64,000 bases of DNA from positions 11,284,001 through 11,348,000 of the forward strand of contig JANJGN010000028.1 in the NCBI GenBank assembly GCA_026770705.1, given 5' to 3'. Made by a program: the position numbers and the translations under genes. The stretch is from Isurus oxyrinchus. Lineage: Eukaryota. The number at the start of each line of letters is the position of its first letter. Within the stretch, counting starts at the first letter, position 1. Positions 26,544-38,460 of the stretch are shown here, one piece after another. The notes beneath the pieces are model-generated. The model was not told where the DNA came from and made no database searches. It saw only the letters and a list, made by a program, of their open reading frames with translations.

Positions 26544-27279
26544 AAACCCAAGAGTTAAAATTACAGTTTGAAATGGATCAAACACAGCGAGTTCCAGTAG
26601 TCAATATCACTTTAATTGTAATATTTTCTTGCTGTCAGTAGGTTTTGACAAGCATATATCAATACTTAATTTCAAACAATGCAGCAGTTGCTCTGAAGCG
26701 GGTCTAAAGTTCCTTTGGGACTAAAAGTGTTAAATGGTGCACTAAGAATCCAAAATTCTAGCATCTGTGGTAGCAAACACAAAAAAACTCCATGTTTCTT
26801 TTTTGATTGAAACCTTATCTTAAAAAATATAATTTTATTTTGTATCATTTAGTGAAATAAAGGTACATTTCGAGAAAGTTTTAGAATTTACAGCTCTGAC
26901 CATGTTCTGTTTAAATGCATTCTGGAACCAAGTTAATATCTTCTATCCTATATCATTGTTTAAAATTTCAAAAGCATCAATATGTTAAAGGAACTATTTT
27001 AAACAGAGACTTGCTCTCCGTTTTAGATTACAAACAGCAAAAACTTGTAAGTGAACCTAAAGCACTTTTGTCATCTCAATATTCAATGTTGAATCTCCAA
27101 GGCAGTATTTACAGTGTCACTACTGAAGCTCACTGATTTCAATTCACTTGCATCAATGATTTTGGGTGTGTCCTTGGATAGTAATAACAAGTCTGTGCAT
27201 TAACACATGGTTCAAATCTACAATCTTCCATTAATGCCACAACTCTCACAAGTGATTGTTTCACAATTAAGAAATGCCA

Positions 27280-27378
27280 TTCTGATGAAAGGTCATCAGC
27301 TTGAAACGTTAACTCGGTTTTTCTTTCCACCAATACAGCCTGACCTTTTGAGTATTGCCAACATTTTCTGTTTCACTT
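27280..27378 (+). mobile_element. Penelope-like terminal repeat fragment with a hammerhead core
   Basis: CTGATGA...GAAACGTT followed by the family tail. Confidence 0.55.
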
Positions 27379-27907
27379 AAGAATTACAGTCTTCAATCTA
27401 TTCAATGTTATTGTGTTCTAGTGTGCAGGGAACTTCTGAGGTTACACAAGCAGCAGAACTGTGACACAAACATGAAAGTCATAGGTGTTAACAGGCTGAA
27501 ACTGCTTAATTGCTTGGGGACACACAACAGGGTGCAGCTTCAGCACAGACTGATATTACAACACTGTAATGAGAGAGTAATTCACCCTGAGAAGCTTCAA
27601 ACTGCAGATACTGGAATTTGACACAGAAACATTAACACAGCAACTAATAGTTTCAGCATTTGTAATCAAATTTTAAAGTGGCAAGAAGCAGAGTTTTGGT
27701 ATTATATAAACTTTGCAATTTGCCACAGCAGATCAGCAGGGGCACCATACTAACAGACTATGATGATGAAGTTGCGAGGTATCACAAGAGTGACTAGGCA
27801 CAAAGGTGTGTAGAAATTTAAGCATCTGGTTTGACTAAATCTAAAATTACGCAAAATGCGGTGAAACTGAGAAGTAGCAAACAGCAACAAGGTTTAAGAT
27901 AATTGCA

Positions 27908-28795
27908 TGGCATGGAGTCCAACCTGTGGTCCGTGGGCTGGATTGTGGCCCCCAGAGCCACTGTTCAAAATGCCAGTAAGTGAAACTGAATATTCTGCAA
28001 GCGGCGGCTCCCCCAATCACAGGCAATTCCGCTCCTGCATTTGCTGGTGAGTCTATCAGCAGCAAAGGTGGCAGGGAACAGGCTGTGATTTGAGGAGTGG
28101 TCAATACTAGCAACTGTGAATATGTAGAGGGAAAAGGATACAATTTCAGGAGGGGGAGAGACAGAGACACTGCGGCGCACGTGGGGCGCAACAGACTGTT
28201 CGGGGGGGGGGGGGGGCATTGGGGAGGAGAGACAGGCTGCCAAGGCTCATGGGAAAAGAGGGTCTGCCCAGGAATGTGGGGAGACAGAGAAGCTGCCAGG
28301 GCACGCGGAGAGTGGTAGAGACTGCTGGAGTCCGAGTGGGGGTGGGGTGACAAGACTCATTGCCGCAGTCTGTGTGTGTGTGAGAGAGACAGGGAGAGAG
28401 AGAATGAGAGTGTGTGTGTTTGTGTGCGAGTGAANNNNNNNNNNNNNNNNNNNNNNNNNNNNNNNNNNNNNNNNNNNNNNNNNNNNNNNNNNNNNNNNNN
28501 NNNNNNNNNNNNNNNNNNNNNNNNNNNNNNNNNNNNNNNNNNNNNNNNNNNNNNNNNNNNNNNNNNTGCATGTGTAAGGGACAGGGGGAGGAGGTGGGAG
28601 AGAGAGAGAGACTGTGGGCGTGCGTGTGTGTTAGAGAGAGGGGGCACGTGTGTATGTGTGAGAGAGAGAAAAAGAATGTGTGTGTGAGAGTGTGTATGTG
28701 AGAGAGGGAGTGTGTGTGTGTTTGAGTGTGTGTGTGATAGTGTGTGTGTCTGGCTCACTCCAAGTCTCAGGATTCTCGATCACTTGCACCCCCAC
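27908..28795. mobile_element. Possible hAT-type MITE containing (GA)n/(GT)n low-complexity sequence
   Basis: Left end ...gtccaacctgtggtccgtgggc resembles hAT MITE termini; the right end is degenerate. Confidence 0.3.
28435..28566. other. Assembly gap (132 N) inside a GA/GT microsatellite tract
   Basis: Run of n characters flanked by (gt)n/(ga)n. Confidence 0.99.
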
Positions 28796-29464
28796 TCACC
28801 AACACATACGGTCACACACTCTCACCTTCTCACATTCTAATGGTCATCTTCACCAATTATTTTTTTTTAAATTGTCAATGTATTGGTTTGGCATTGCTTT
28901 ATTTTTGCTCAGCAAGTTGTTTTTTGTTCACGCCTCCACATTTCTTTTTTAGAAATTCATGTTTAATGTTGTGCTAAACCCTTACCTTTCTGAAATTTGC
29001 TCATCAGTCCCTTGAGTGAAAAAATGGAAATGTGACCTGCAGTTTCCACATTGAAATTGATACAAATCCAGACATCATCCTCTTCTCAGACAAGGGTTGA
29101 TGCCCATCAGGCTTTTCTTGAGAGAGATGGCCAGAGGAGAGGGTAAAAATGTACTATTTCAGCCAGCTGCAGGACAACTCACTGCAAACCCTATGCATAT
29201 GACTGTAAGTAAATCAGCAAGCTTATGTTGAAAGGGCAGGCATTCAGTAAAGAAGAAATACTACATTTTAAGAAATTAGACTTGTGCAGAAAACATGTTC
29301 CAATTTAAAATATTTGTTCACGAAATGTTCTACTTACATTTTGTCTTTTGAATAACATTTTAAGTTCCTCTTCGAATTTGTATGAATTTTGATATAATAC
29401 AGAGCTGTGTGGCTTATAGCAATCTATGGTGAGTCCTTAATTGCTGTAATGATGCTCTTTTTAA

Positions 29465-30835
29465 CATAGAAACTAGGAGCAGGAGTAGGCCATTCGGCCC
29501 TTTGAGCCTGCTCCGCCATTCATTATGATCTTGGCGGATCATCCAACTCAATAGCCTGCTCCCGCTTTCTCCCCATACCCTTTGATCCCTTTTGCCCCAA
29601 GAGCTATATTTAACTCCTTCTTGAAAGCATACAATGTTTTAGTTTCAGCTACTTTCTGTGGGAATGAATTCCACAGGCTCACCACTCTCTGGGTGAAGAA
29701 ATTTCTCCTCATCTCAGTCCTAAATGGTCTACCCCATATCCTCAGACTGACCCCTGGTTCTGGACTCCCTCACCATTGGGAACATCTTTCGTGCATCTAC
29801 CCTGTCTAGTTCTGTTAGAATTTTACAGGTTTCCAAGAGATCCCTCCTCATTCTTCTGAACTCCAGCAAATATAATCCTAATCGACTCAATCTCTCCTCA
29901 TATGTCAATCCCGCCATCCCAGGAATCAGTCGGGTAAACCTTTGCTGCACTCCCTCTATAGCAAGTACATCCTTCCTTAGATAAGGAGACCAAAACTGCA
30001 CACAATATTCCAGGTGTGGTCTCACCAAGGCCCTGTGCAATTGTAGCAAGACATCCCTGCTCCTGTACTCGAATCCTCTGGCTATGAAGGCCAACATACC
30101 ATTTGCCTTCTTTACCGCCTGCTGTACTAGCATGCTTACCTTCAGCAACTGGTGTACAAGGACACCCAGGTCTCGTTGCACATTCCCCACTCTCAATTTA
30201 TAGCCATTCAGATAATAATCTGCCTTCCTGTTTTCTTGCTACCAAAATGGATAACCTCACATTTATCCACATTATACTGCATCTGCTATGCATTTGCCTA
30301 CTCACTCAGCTTGTCCAAATCACACTGAAGCATCTCTGCATCCTCCTCATAGCTCACCCTCCCACCCAGCTTTGTATCATCTGCAAATTTGGAGATATTA
30401 CATTTAATTCCCTCATCTAAATCATTGATATATATTGTGAATAACTGGGGTCTCAGCATCGATCCCTGCGGTCCCCACTAGTCACTGCCTGCCAGTCGGA
30501 AAAGACCCGTTTATTCATACTCTTTGTTTCCTGTCTGCCAACCAGTTTCCTATCCACTACACTACAAACACTACCCCCAATCCCATGCGCTTTAATTTTA
30601 CACGCCAATCTCTCATGTGGGACTTTGTTGAAAGCCTTCTGAAAGTCCAAATAAACCACATCCACTGGCTCCCCCTCTTCAACTCTACTAGTTACATCCT
30701 CGAAAAATTCCAGTAGATTTGTCAAGCATGATTTCCCTTTCATAAATCCAAGCTGACTCTGTCCAATTCTGCCACTGTTTTCCACGTGCTCAGTTATTAA
30801 ATCTTTTATAATGGACTCTAGAATTTTCCCCACTA
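29465..30835 (-). mobile_element. 5'-truncated CR1 LINE, same subfamily as 24007-26271, inverted
   Basis: ORFs 29729..30196 and 30453..30845 encode near-identical RT segments. Confidence 0.92.
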
Positions 30836-30963
30836 ATATTCCCAATATATTGCTTTTGTTGACTTGGAAGTGGTAGAGAGGTGCAAGAATTCAGAAAGGA
30901 AACAAAGGCTTTTATCCAGACATAGTGAGTCAACTATGGTTGACTGGTTCTTGTGAAATAGTG

Positions 30964-31831
30964 CAGCAAATCCTGGAGGGAGCTGCAGAAGCCATGCTCC
31001 TGTTTTACAACACAAGTGGCTGTATTCTGGTAAGATGAGTTTAAATGTCCCAAAGCTTTGAAAAGCCATGGAGAGAAGGTATGCATGTAAGGTAAGGGGG
31101 TAGGGTGCATAAGGGAGGGTAGGGTACGTGAGGAGAGTAGAGTGTGTGAGGCGAGTGGGGTGCGTGACGGGGCTAAGATGGGTGAGGGGGGGGTAGGGTG
31201 CGTGAGGGGTAAGGGTACGTGAGGGGGTAAGGGTGCGTAAGGGGGTTAAGGTGCATGGGGGTAGGGCATGTGAGGGGTATTGGGCGCATGAGGGGGGTAG
31301 GGTGCGTGGAGGGGTAGGGTAATGGGCGGGAATAGGATGCGTAAAGGTGTAGGGTGCGTAAAGGGGTATGGTGCCTAAGGGGATAGGGCATCTAAAGGAG
31401 TAGGGTGCTTAAGGGAGGTAGGGTGCTTGAGTTAAGGTGTTAGGGTGGAAAATGGGTGAGGTGGGTAGGGGGCTAGGCTGATCGGGTTGGGGAATAGTCG
31501 AGTTGGGAAGGGTTGTTGGGTTGGGGGCTAGTCAGGTCGGGTTGGGCGAGTGATTGGGGGATCAATTGTATAGTTATCCAGGATTTAGACTTTTTTTTCC
31601 CTGTCAAATATTTCCATAATTATTATCCAGGCAATTGAGACAGAGCTGTCTGAAGTTGGAGATTTCGGACATTTGTGGGGAGCCTGCGAATTGACTATGG
31701 AGGTTCAAATTTCCCAGACAATTCCCTCAGAGTCCTAGAGTTGGGAATTCCAAGGGGTCCCGTGGCGCACTTCTGGGATATGTCTGGTCTCTGAGCATCC
31801 AGAGACAAACTCCTCTCTCCACGATTTACTG
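30964..31831. mobile_element. Tc1/mariner-type MITE with a G-rich minisatellite core
   Basis: TIRs cagcaaatcctggagggag / ctctctccacgatttactg (16/19 match). The TA TSD is not preserved. Confidence 0.5.
31090..31430 (+). repeat. G-rich ~19-20 bp minisatellite (gggtagggtgcgtgagg-like)
   Basis: Directly visible tandem units. Confidence 0.8.
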
Positions 31832-32059
31832 TTCGGGTTAAAATATTAAACAGTTGAATGCCTCTTTTTAAATAGCGGAGGGAAAATTGAAAGAATGATA
31901 AAGCATATAGTTCGCAGTCATTTTCAAATGTTTGCAACTGTTCCAAAATAAAGAACTAGATATTGTTTCTGAACCCTGATCACCTCAAGCATGTCTTTCT
32001 GTAGAGTCAAGTAATTAGATCATTAACAACAAATTACATTGGAAGTGTGGCATCATTAA

Positions 32060-32715
32060 CTTTTTTTTAATTGTTCATGGGATGTGGGCGTCACTAGCTA
32101 GGCCAGCATTTACTGTCTATACCTAACTATCCTTGAGAAGGTGATGATGTGCTGCCTTCTTGAACTGCTGCAGTCCATGTGTTGTCGGAACACCCACAGT
32201 GCTGTTAGGAAGAGCACTCCAGGATTTTGACTCAGCCGCAGTGAAGGAACACTCAATAAGAAAAAACAGTTCGGACCAGCACTCTTATTTCCCAATTTTT
32301 GCTGGCATATAAGACCAGTTCGGATTAGCATTCTTATTTCCCAGTTGTTACTGTTTTTTCTTTCTGGGCAGTGATATAGTTCCAAGTCAGATGGTGTGTG
32401 GCTTGGAGGGGAACTTGAAGGTGGTGATGTTCCCATACATCTACTATCTTTGTCCTTCTAGGTGGTAGAGGTCATAGGTTTCAAAGGTGCTTTCGAAGCA
32501 GCCTTGATGTGTTGCTGCAGTGTATCTTGTAGATGGTACACACTGTTGCCACCGAATGTTGGTGGTGAAGGGAGTGAATGCTGAAGGTGAATGGGGTGCC
32601 AATCAAGAGGGCTGCTTTGCCTTGGATGGTGTCTTTGGCCTGTTGTTGTAGCCACAGTATTTATATGGCTGGGATCAGTTCAGTTTCTGGTCAATGGTAA
32701 CTCCCAGGATGTTGA
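32060..32715 (-). mobile_element. LINE 3' fragment (same family as 36680-37650)
   Basis: Reverse complement matches the 3' part of the LINE at 37200-37650. Confidence 0.75.
32250..32370. mobile_element. ~120-bp inverted-repeat mini-element inserted in the LINE
   Basis: agaaaaaacagt ... actgttttttct inverted repeat plus an internal ~28-bp direct repeat. Confidence 0.55.
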
Positions 32716-33530
32716 TAGTGAAATTTAATTCAGTGAAGTGTGAAGTGATATATTTTGGCAGGAAGAGCATGGAGAAGCAATATAATTTAAATGGTACAAT
32801 TTTAAAGGAGATGCAGGAACAGAGACACCTGGAAGTATATGTGCAGAAATCGTTAAATGTTGGAGGACAGGTTAGAAAGTGGTTAAAAAGGCAAATTGGA
32901 TCCTAGGCTTTAAAAATTGATACATAGAGTACAAAAGCAAGGAAGTTATGATGAACCTTTATTTTATAAAACATTGGTTTGACTTTATTGGAGTATTGTG
33001 TCTAATTCTGGGTACTGCACTTTAGGAAGGATATGAAGGCTTTAGAGGGGGAGCAGAAAAGGTTTATGAGAATGGTTCCAGGGATAAAAGTTCAGTTATC
33101 AGAGTAGACTGGAGAGGCTGGGCTTGTTCTATTTGTGAACAGAAGGTTGAGAGGAGATTTGATAGAAGTGTTCAAAATAATGAGGGGTCTAAACAGGGTA
33201 TAGGGAGAACCATTCCTGTTGGCAGAAGGGCTGAGAACCAGAGGGCACCAATTTAAGGAAATTGGCAAAAGAAGCAAAGGTAACATGAGGAAAAACTTTT
33301 TTATGCAGCATGTGGTTAGGATCTGGAATGCACTGACTGAGAGTGCGTTAGAGGCAGCTTCAATTGTGGCTTTCAAAATAAAATTGGATAAACACCTGAA
33401 GAGAAGAAAATTGCTGGGCTGTGGAGAAAGGTTGGGGGAACTTGAACTAGCTAACTTGCTCTTACAGAGAGTCAGCAGAGACACAATAGGCTTATGATCT
33501 CCTTCTGTGCTGCAAGCGCACTATAATTCT
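32716..33530 (+). mobile_element. Old CR1 LINE 3' fragment
   Basis: VKFNSVKCEVIYFGRK, LRTRGHQFK..., FFMQHVVRIWNAL. Confidence 0.8.
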
Positions 33531-34269
33531 ATTAGCCCAGCCTGGGGTGCAGGATGAGTTGTTATCTAATTTTCATGCCCTAGAAATAGACCTCTAACTG
33601 TCATAGGTTGATAAAAATCAGAAAGGGTGATGTCCTAAAGCCACAAGAGCAAATGGGAAAAGAGAGGAGCAGATGTACACCAGTGGAACAATTTTAAGCG
33701 AGAGCTTCAACTACCAATTTATATCAGTGTCAGCAAGAAAGCCCCAGAGCATTAGATTTTAAATCTGGTTAAGATGACATTCATTATGAGATACATTTTT
33801 AGCCCTGGACTGTTGGTGGCCTGCTTTACTTTAGGCTGTGCTTAAAACTAATAAGATAATTACATATTTAAAATGTAATGATGAGGAGGAGAGCTCTGTA
33901 CATGCCTGTTAGAAGTTTAGGGTCTTGCTTTAGATATTCTCTCTGGTACAATGGTGCTAGTCACTTCCTTAAGTGATCTAAGTGTAGGGATGTGTCCATA
34001 CTGCCCAATGCCTGATTATTCAATAGCAAACCCTAGGATTGTAAGAATAGTTTTCCTATGTGATTTGAATTAGATATTCAAATCTTTTGGATGTATGTTT
34101 CTTCAATGCCTTCAAAGGTGGACCATGACACTTGAAAATATGAGACTGGAAATGAATTGTTGCTCAAATTTTAGAGATAGCTTAAATTTCCCGGGGTATT
34201 TTGAGGTAGATTGGGCAGCTTACAGGTGTTGAAGTGGTGGCCTTAGGCTCATTCGCAAGCATGTGCAAT

Positions 34270-34940
34270 GTACAGTGAGCAACGGGCAACTGGTGAAGCT
34301 AGCTGTTTCACTCTGGTGCTATGCAGCAGCAACACAAGTGGTGTTTTCCACTAACAAGATACTGCCAACAAGCCAAAAAGACATTCTGTTTACCACACAA
34401 ATGAGTAATGTGGTATATGAATTTCAGTACCAGTGCTATGCCAGGTACATAGGCCATATGTTCCAATGACTGTTGGAGCTTATCAAACTGCATGTCCCTT
34501 CGGCTGCTCGAATAGGCAGAGTACTGGCTGTACTCAACTAGCCCGTGCTTGCAAAACTCAAAAAATAATGTCCAACATTAGATATGATTCCATGACTGAA
34601 CAGCACTTGCTGAATAGTCTTGGGTAGACTAAGAATGACACTAACAAACAATTTAAGATTATCAGATAGTTCCCAATGTTCCCATTTACGCTTGCAGGCA
34701 AAAGGAACATGTTCAGGCATTGTGCCATTTTTGAATTAAACAAGATCATGGGGGACAATAGTTCCCTGATGCATTCTCCATGGCAATACCTTGACTAAAG
34801 AGCTGACTTGCCAGCATTCTTTTCTCATGCAGTATAAATTGTCGCTCCCTTTAAATTTTGGAGTTCTTTCGTTTGTCCTGAGGAGTGCAAGATGACAATC
34901 TTCGGCAGCATGTCTGTTTGCTCAGCAATACTCAAATTAT
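34270..34940 (+). mobile_element. Penelope-like element 3' fragment (GIY-YIG endonuclease plus 3' UTR)
   Basis: NVVYEFQ.QC.ARYIG GIY-YIG motif; degenerate hammerhead at 34875-34906. Confidence 0.65.
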
Positions 34941-35834
34941 TAAAGGATTTATACGGAAAATAATTCTGTGTAACTTAACTCACTTAAGTAATTTTAGATT
35001 TCTATGGCTGTGACATTTTCAATAGGAGAGAGCTCTTTCCAAGAATGAGCAGCTGTTTCCTTCTCATTGTGACTCGCTATAATACAATCTTGAATGTTGT
35101 AAAAATGTTGCTGGAAAAATACTCTGGAAACTGTTGAGTTGATGTCAGCTAATAGTATGCTAATTTCTACTGCATGGTAATTGGACAGTAGTGTGACAGT
35201 CAGGAAAAATTGAACAGGTAGATTAAAGTCAAACTTTTAAGCTATTCTTTAAACAAATCCTGATTGGCAATTGTCATACTTTCCATAATTGAGACGGTGT
35301 TATTAGATATTGTGATTCTGAAGTATTTGGTTAGTAAAAAGATTTTGCTTTATGACAAGTGGCAAGAAGCGCATATCTTGAAGACAAGAGCTCCTTCTAC
35401 AACGACCCTTGTGAAAGATGTTTCAAATCATATACCTTTAATTCAAGCAAGGCATGTTTAATGAAGTGTCTTAACAGGTAAGGCAAGAGCCTAAATCATA
35501 ACTGTGATCATAATGACTTATGGGACTTCAAAAGTTTAAAATTAAATCTAAAAGACTCAATGGGACTTCTCACAGTACCCTACTCAGAATATGAAAACAT
35601 TATTATATGAATGCTTTTTAAGGTGCCTTTGTCAAGTAATCAGCATTGGCTATTAAAAATATTTCATTAATAATTGTAAGAAACTGGCTAGTAAACAATG
35701 AATTTTGCATTTTGCTTTTGGCATTAAGTTTCTATTGAACCAATGACCAACTCTAATGATTACTGAAAGACATATTAAGAGCTAGTTATGCTCATTATAA
35801 AAGGGAATAACTGCAGGAAGCATGCCCAGTTTAA

Positions 35835-36215
35835 AAAAAAATCATTCATGGGACGTGGGCATCGCTGGCTAGGCCAGCATTTATTGTGCATCCCTAATTG
35901 CCCTTGAGAAGGTGGTGGTGAGCTGCAGTAGCAGTTTGAAATAACTAAGTGGCAGTTAAGAGTAAACCACATTGCTGTGGGTCTTGTGTCACATGTAGGT
36001 CAAACCAGGCAAGGACAGCAAATTTCCTTCCCTAAAGGACATGAGTGAACCAGAAGAGTTTTTAACAATAATCAACATTAGACTTTTAATTCCAGATTTT
36101 TATTGAATTCAAGTTCCATCATTTGCCGTGGCAGGATTCGAAACCGGATACCCAGAGCATTACCCTGGGTTTCTAGATTACTAGTCCAGTGACAATACTG
36201 CTACGCCACTGCCTC
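35835..36215 (-). mobile_element. tRNA-derived SINE, copy 2
   Basis: Minus strand has an A-box-like (gtggcgtagcag) and a B-box-like (ttcgaatcc) motif; same core and tail as the other copies. Confidence 0.8.
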
Positions 36216-36679
36216 CTCAATTTGCAATGTTAAGTTAAACATTTAATTGTGGCATTATTCAATCCAGTTTAAAACTGACAATAAAGGAGTAATATGCCAT
36301 AATTAAAACAACTAAGTATTTAAATAATTTGATAACCCCCTGTTTGTACAGGTCTTACAAATACATTTTTACTTCAACTTGCTATTTTCAAAAGTTGCTT
36401 TTATTGATCTTGCCTGACCCAAACATTGGAATCCTGATTCTAATGTGGTAGCCCCTGGTAACTAGTTAATTAATTCCATTATACATATATTTCACTCATA
36501 GCACTAAGTAACCTTTATTTTTGTTTTTTAAAAGTATTTTACAAGGTTGTTGAAAAAATAGATCCTGGTCTACAAAATACCACAGTATACATTTCTGACA
36601 ATATACTGAATTTAAAAAGACAATCAGATTACATTTACAACAAATTACTACAGAACATTATTACCTAGCACAATGGAAA

Positions 36680-37650
36680 ATGGTTGTTGTTGCTGAAGGT
36701 CAATCACCTCAGTCCCAAGATATCGCTGCAGGAGTTCCTCAGGGTAGTGTCCTCGGCCCAATCATCTTCAGCTATTTCATCAATGAACTTCCCTCAATCA
36801 TAAGATCAGAAGTGGGGATGTTCGTGGATGATTTCATAATGTTCAGATGCTGAAGCAGTCTGTAATCATGTGCAGCAAGACCTGGATAATATTCAGGCTT
36901 GGGCTGATAATTGGCAAGTAACATTCGTGTCACACATGTGCCAGGCAATAACCAGCTCCAACAAGAGAGAATCAAACCATCTCCCCTTGACATTTAATGG
37001 CATTATCATCACTGAATGCTCCACTATCAACATCCTGGGGTTACCTCTGACCGGAAACTGAACTGGACCAGTTTTATAAATACTGTGGCTACAAGAACAG
37101 GTCAGAGGCTAGGAATTCTGCAGCAAGTAACTCACCTCCTGACTCCCCAAAGCCTGTCCACCATCTACAAGGCACAAGTCAGAAGTGTGATGGAATACTC
37201 TCCACTTGCATGGATGAGTGCAGCTCCAACATCACTCAAAAAGCTCAACACCATCCAGGACAAAGCAGCCTGCTTGATTGGCATACCATCCACTACTTTA
37301 AACAATCACTCCCTCCATCATCGGCACAGTGGCAGCATTGTGCACCATCTACAAGATGCATTGCCTCGTCAAGGTTCTTTCCACAGCACCTTCCAAACCC
37401 GCAAACTCTACCACTGAGAAGGGCAGGGAAGCAGATGCATGGAAATACCACTATCTGCAAGTTCTTCTCCAGGCTACACACCATCCTGAGTTGGAATTAT
37501 GTCACCATTCCTTCACTGTCACTGGATCAAAATGCTGGAACTCTCTGTAGTGGTTCAAGAAGGTGGCTCACCATGACCTTCTCAAGGGTTGGGCAATAAA
37601 TGCTGGCCTAGCCAGTGGTGTCCGCATCCCGTGAACAAATAAAAAAGAAA
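36680..37650 (+). mobile_element. CR1/L2-clade LINE 3' portion (probable partner LINE of the SINEs)
   Basis: GVPQGSVLGP, MFVDD, YKAQVRSVMEYSPLAW. The 3' tail gggcaataaatgctggcc...catccc is shared with the SINEs. Confidence 0.85.
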
Positions 37651-37784
37651 CAAAGTTGCCACATGACTGCCCGTTCCATCAGACTGTGTTGAATCTATCA
37701 CTATCCTTCTTATAATTGACAATACTTCTATATTTTGTGTTCTCTGAAAACTTTGAAATTGTGCCCCTGTACACGCAAGTCTAG

Positions 37785-38459
37785 GGTCAGAATCTCCTGG
37801 CTGGCATGTGGGTGGCGGAGCCCGCACGCCAGCGCTTAAAATGTCGTGCGAGCGACCTGACGTCAGCGCATGGCATCGCGATATTTCGGTCGGCGGGTGC
37901 TATGCAGTGGCCGCACGCCCGCCATTAATTAAAGGCCTCGTTAAGGCCCTTAACTTGCCAATCATCAACGATTTTGAGGGGCCCGTGCGAACTTCGGCTC
38001 GGCGCACAGGCCCAATGGACAGGCGGGTAGGTGTTTTTTTTTTACAAACCTCATCCAGTGGCGGGATGAGGTTTGATAGCGGTTTTAAAAACGTTTAATA
38101 AAGTTTTTGTTTAGTTCATTAACATGTCCCATCTCGTGTGACATTTTCACATGAGGGGGATGTGTTAATGAATTTTTTAATTCTATTTTTTATATTTGCC
38201 AGCCTTTCAGCGAGCTCCCTGAGACAGCACTTTGCCTCAGGGAGATGTACGCTCCTTCACGCGAAAGAGTGCACTCTGACAGTTGGGGAATCCCCCCTCC
38301 CTCCCACACAGGAAACTCTATGTGCTTCCTGTTGGGCGGGCCTTAATTGGCCCACCCACTTAAAATGGCGGCGGGGCCCATTTCAGCGGCGGGGATCGGC
38401 TGCCTGCCCGCTGCCGAGCCATTGGGGCCTGCCCACTCATCAAGGGCAAAATTCTGCCC
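37785..38459. mobile_element. Harbinger-type MITE, complete copy
   Basis: TIRs ggtcagaat / attctgccc; TSD tag/cag (1 mismatch). Homologous to 11345-11727, 23768-26543 and 55206-55749. Confidence 0.75.
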
Positions 38460-38460
38460 C

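Noticed and set aside
28146-28977. ORFs with HT/CV repeats
   Set aside because: Artefacts of microsatellite sequence and the N gap.
28986-29202. Cryptic minus-strand fibrillin exon (cttacag ... AG|gtaag)
   Set aside because: 217 bp, frame-shifting, no EGF or TB motif. Cannot be supported without transcript data.
24850-30835. Inverted CR1s driving a fibrillin circular RNA
   Set aside because: No fibrillin exon lies between the two arms.
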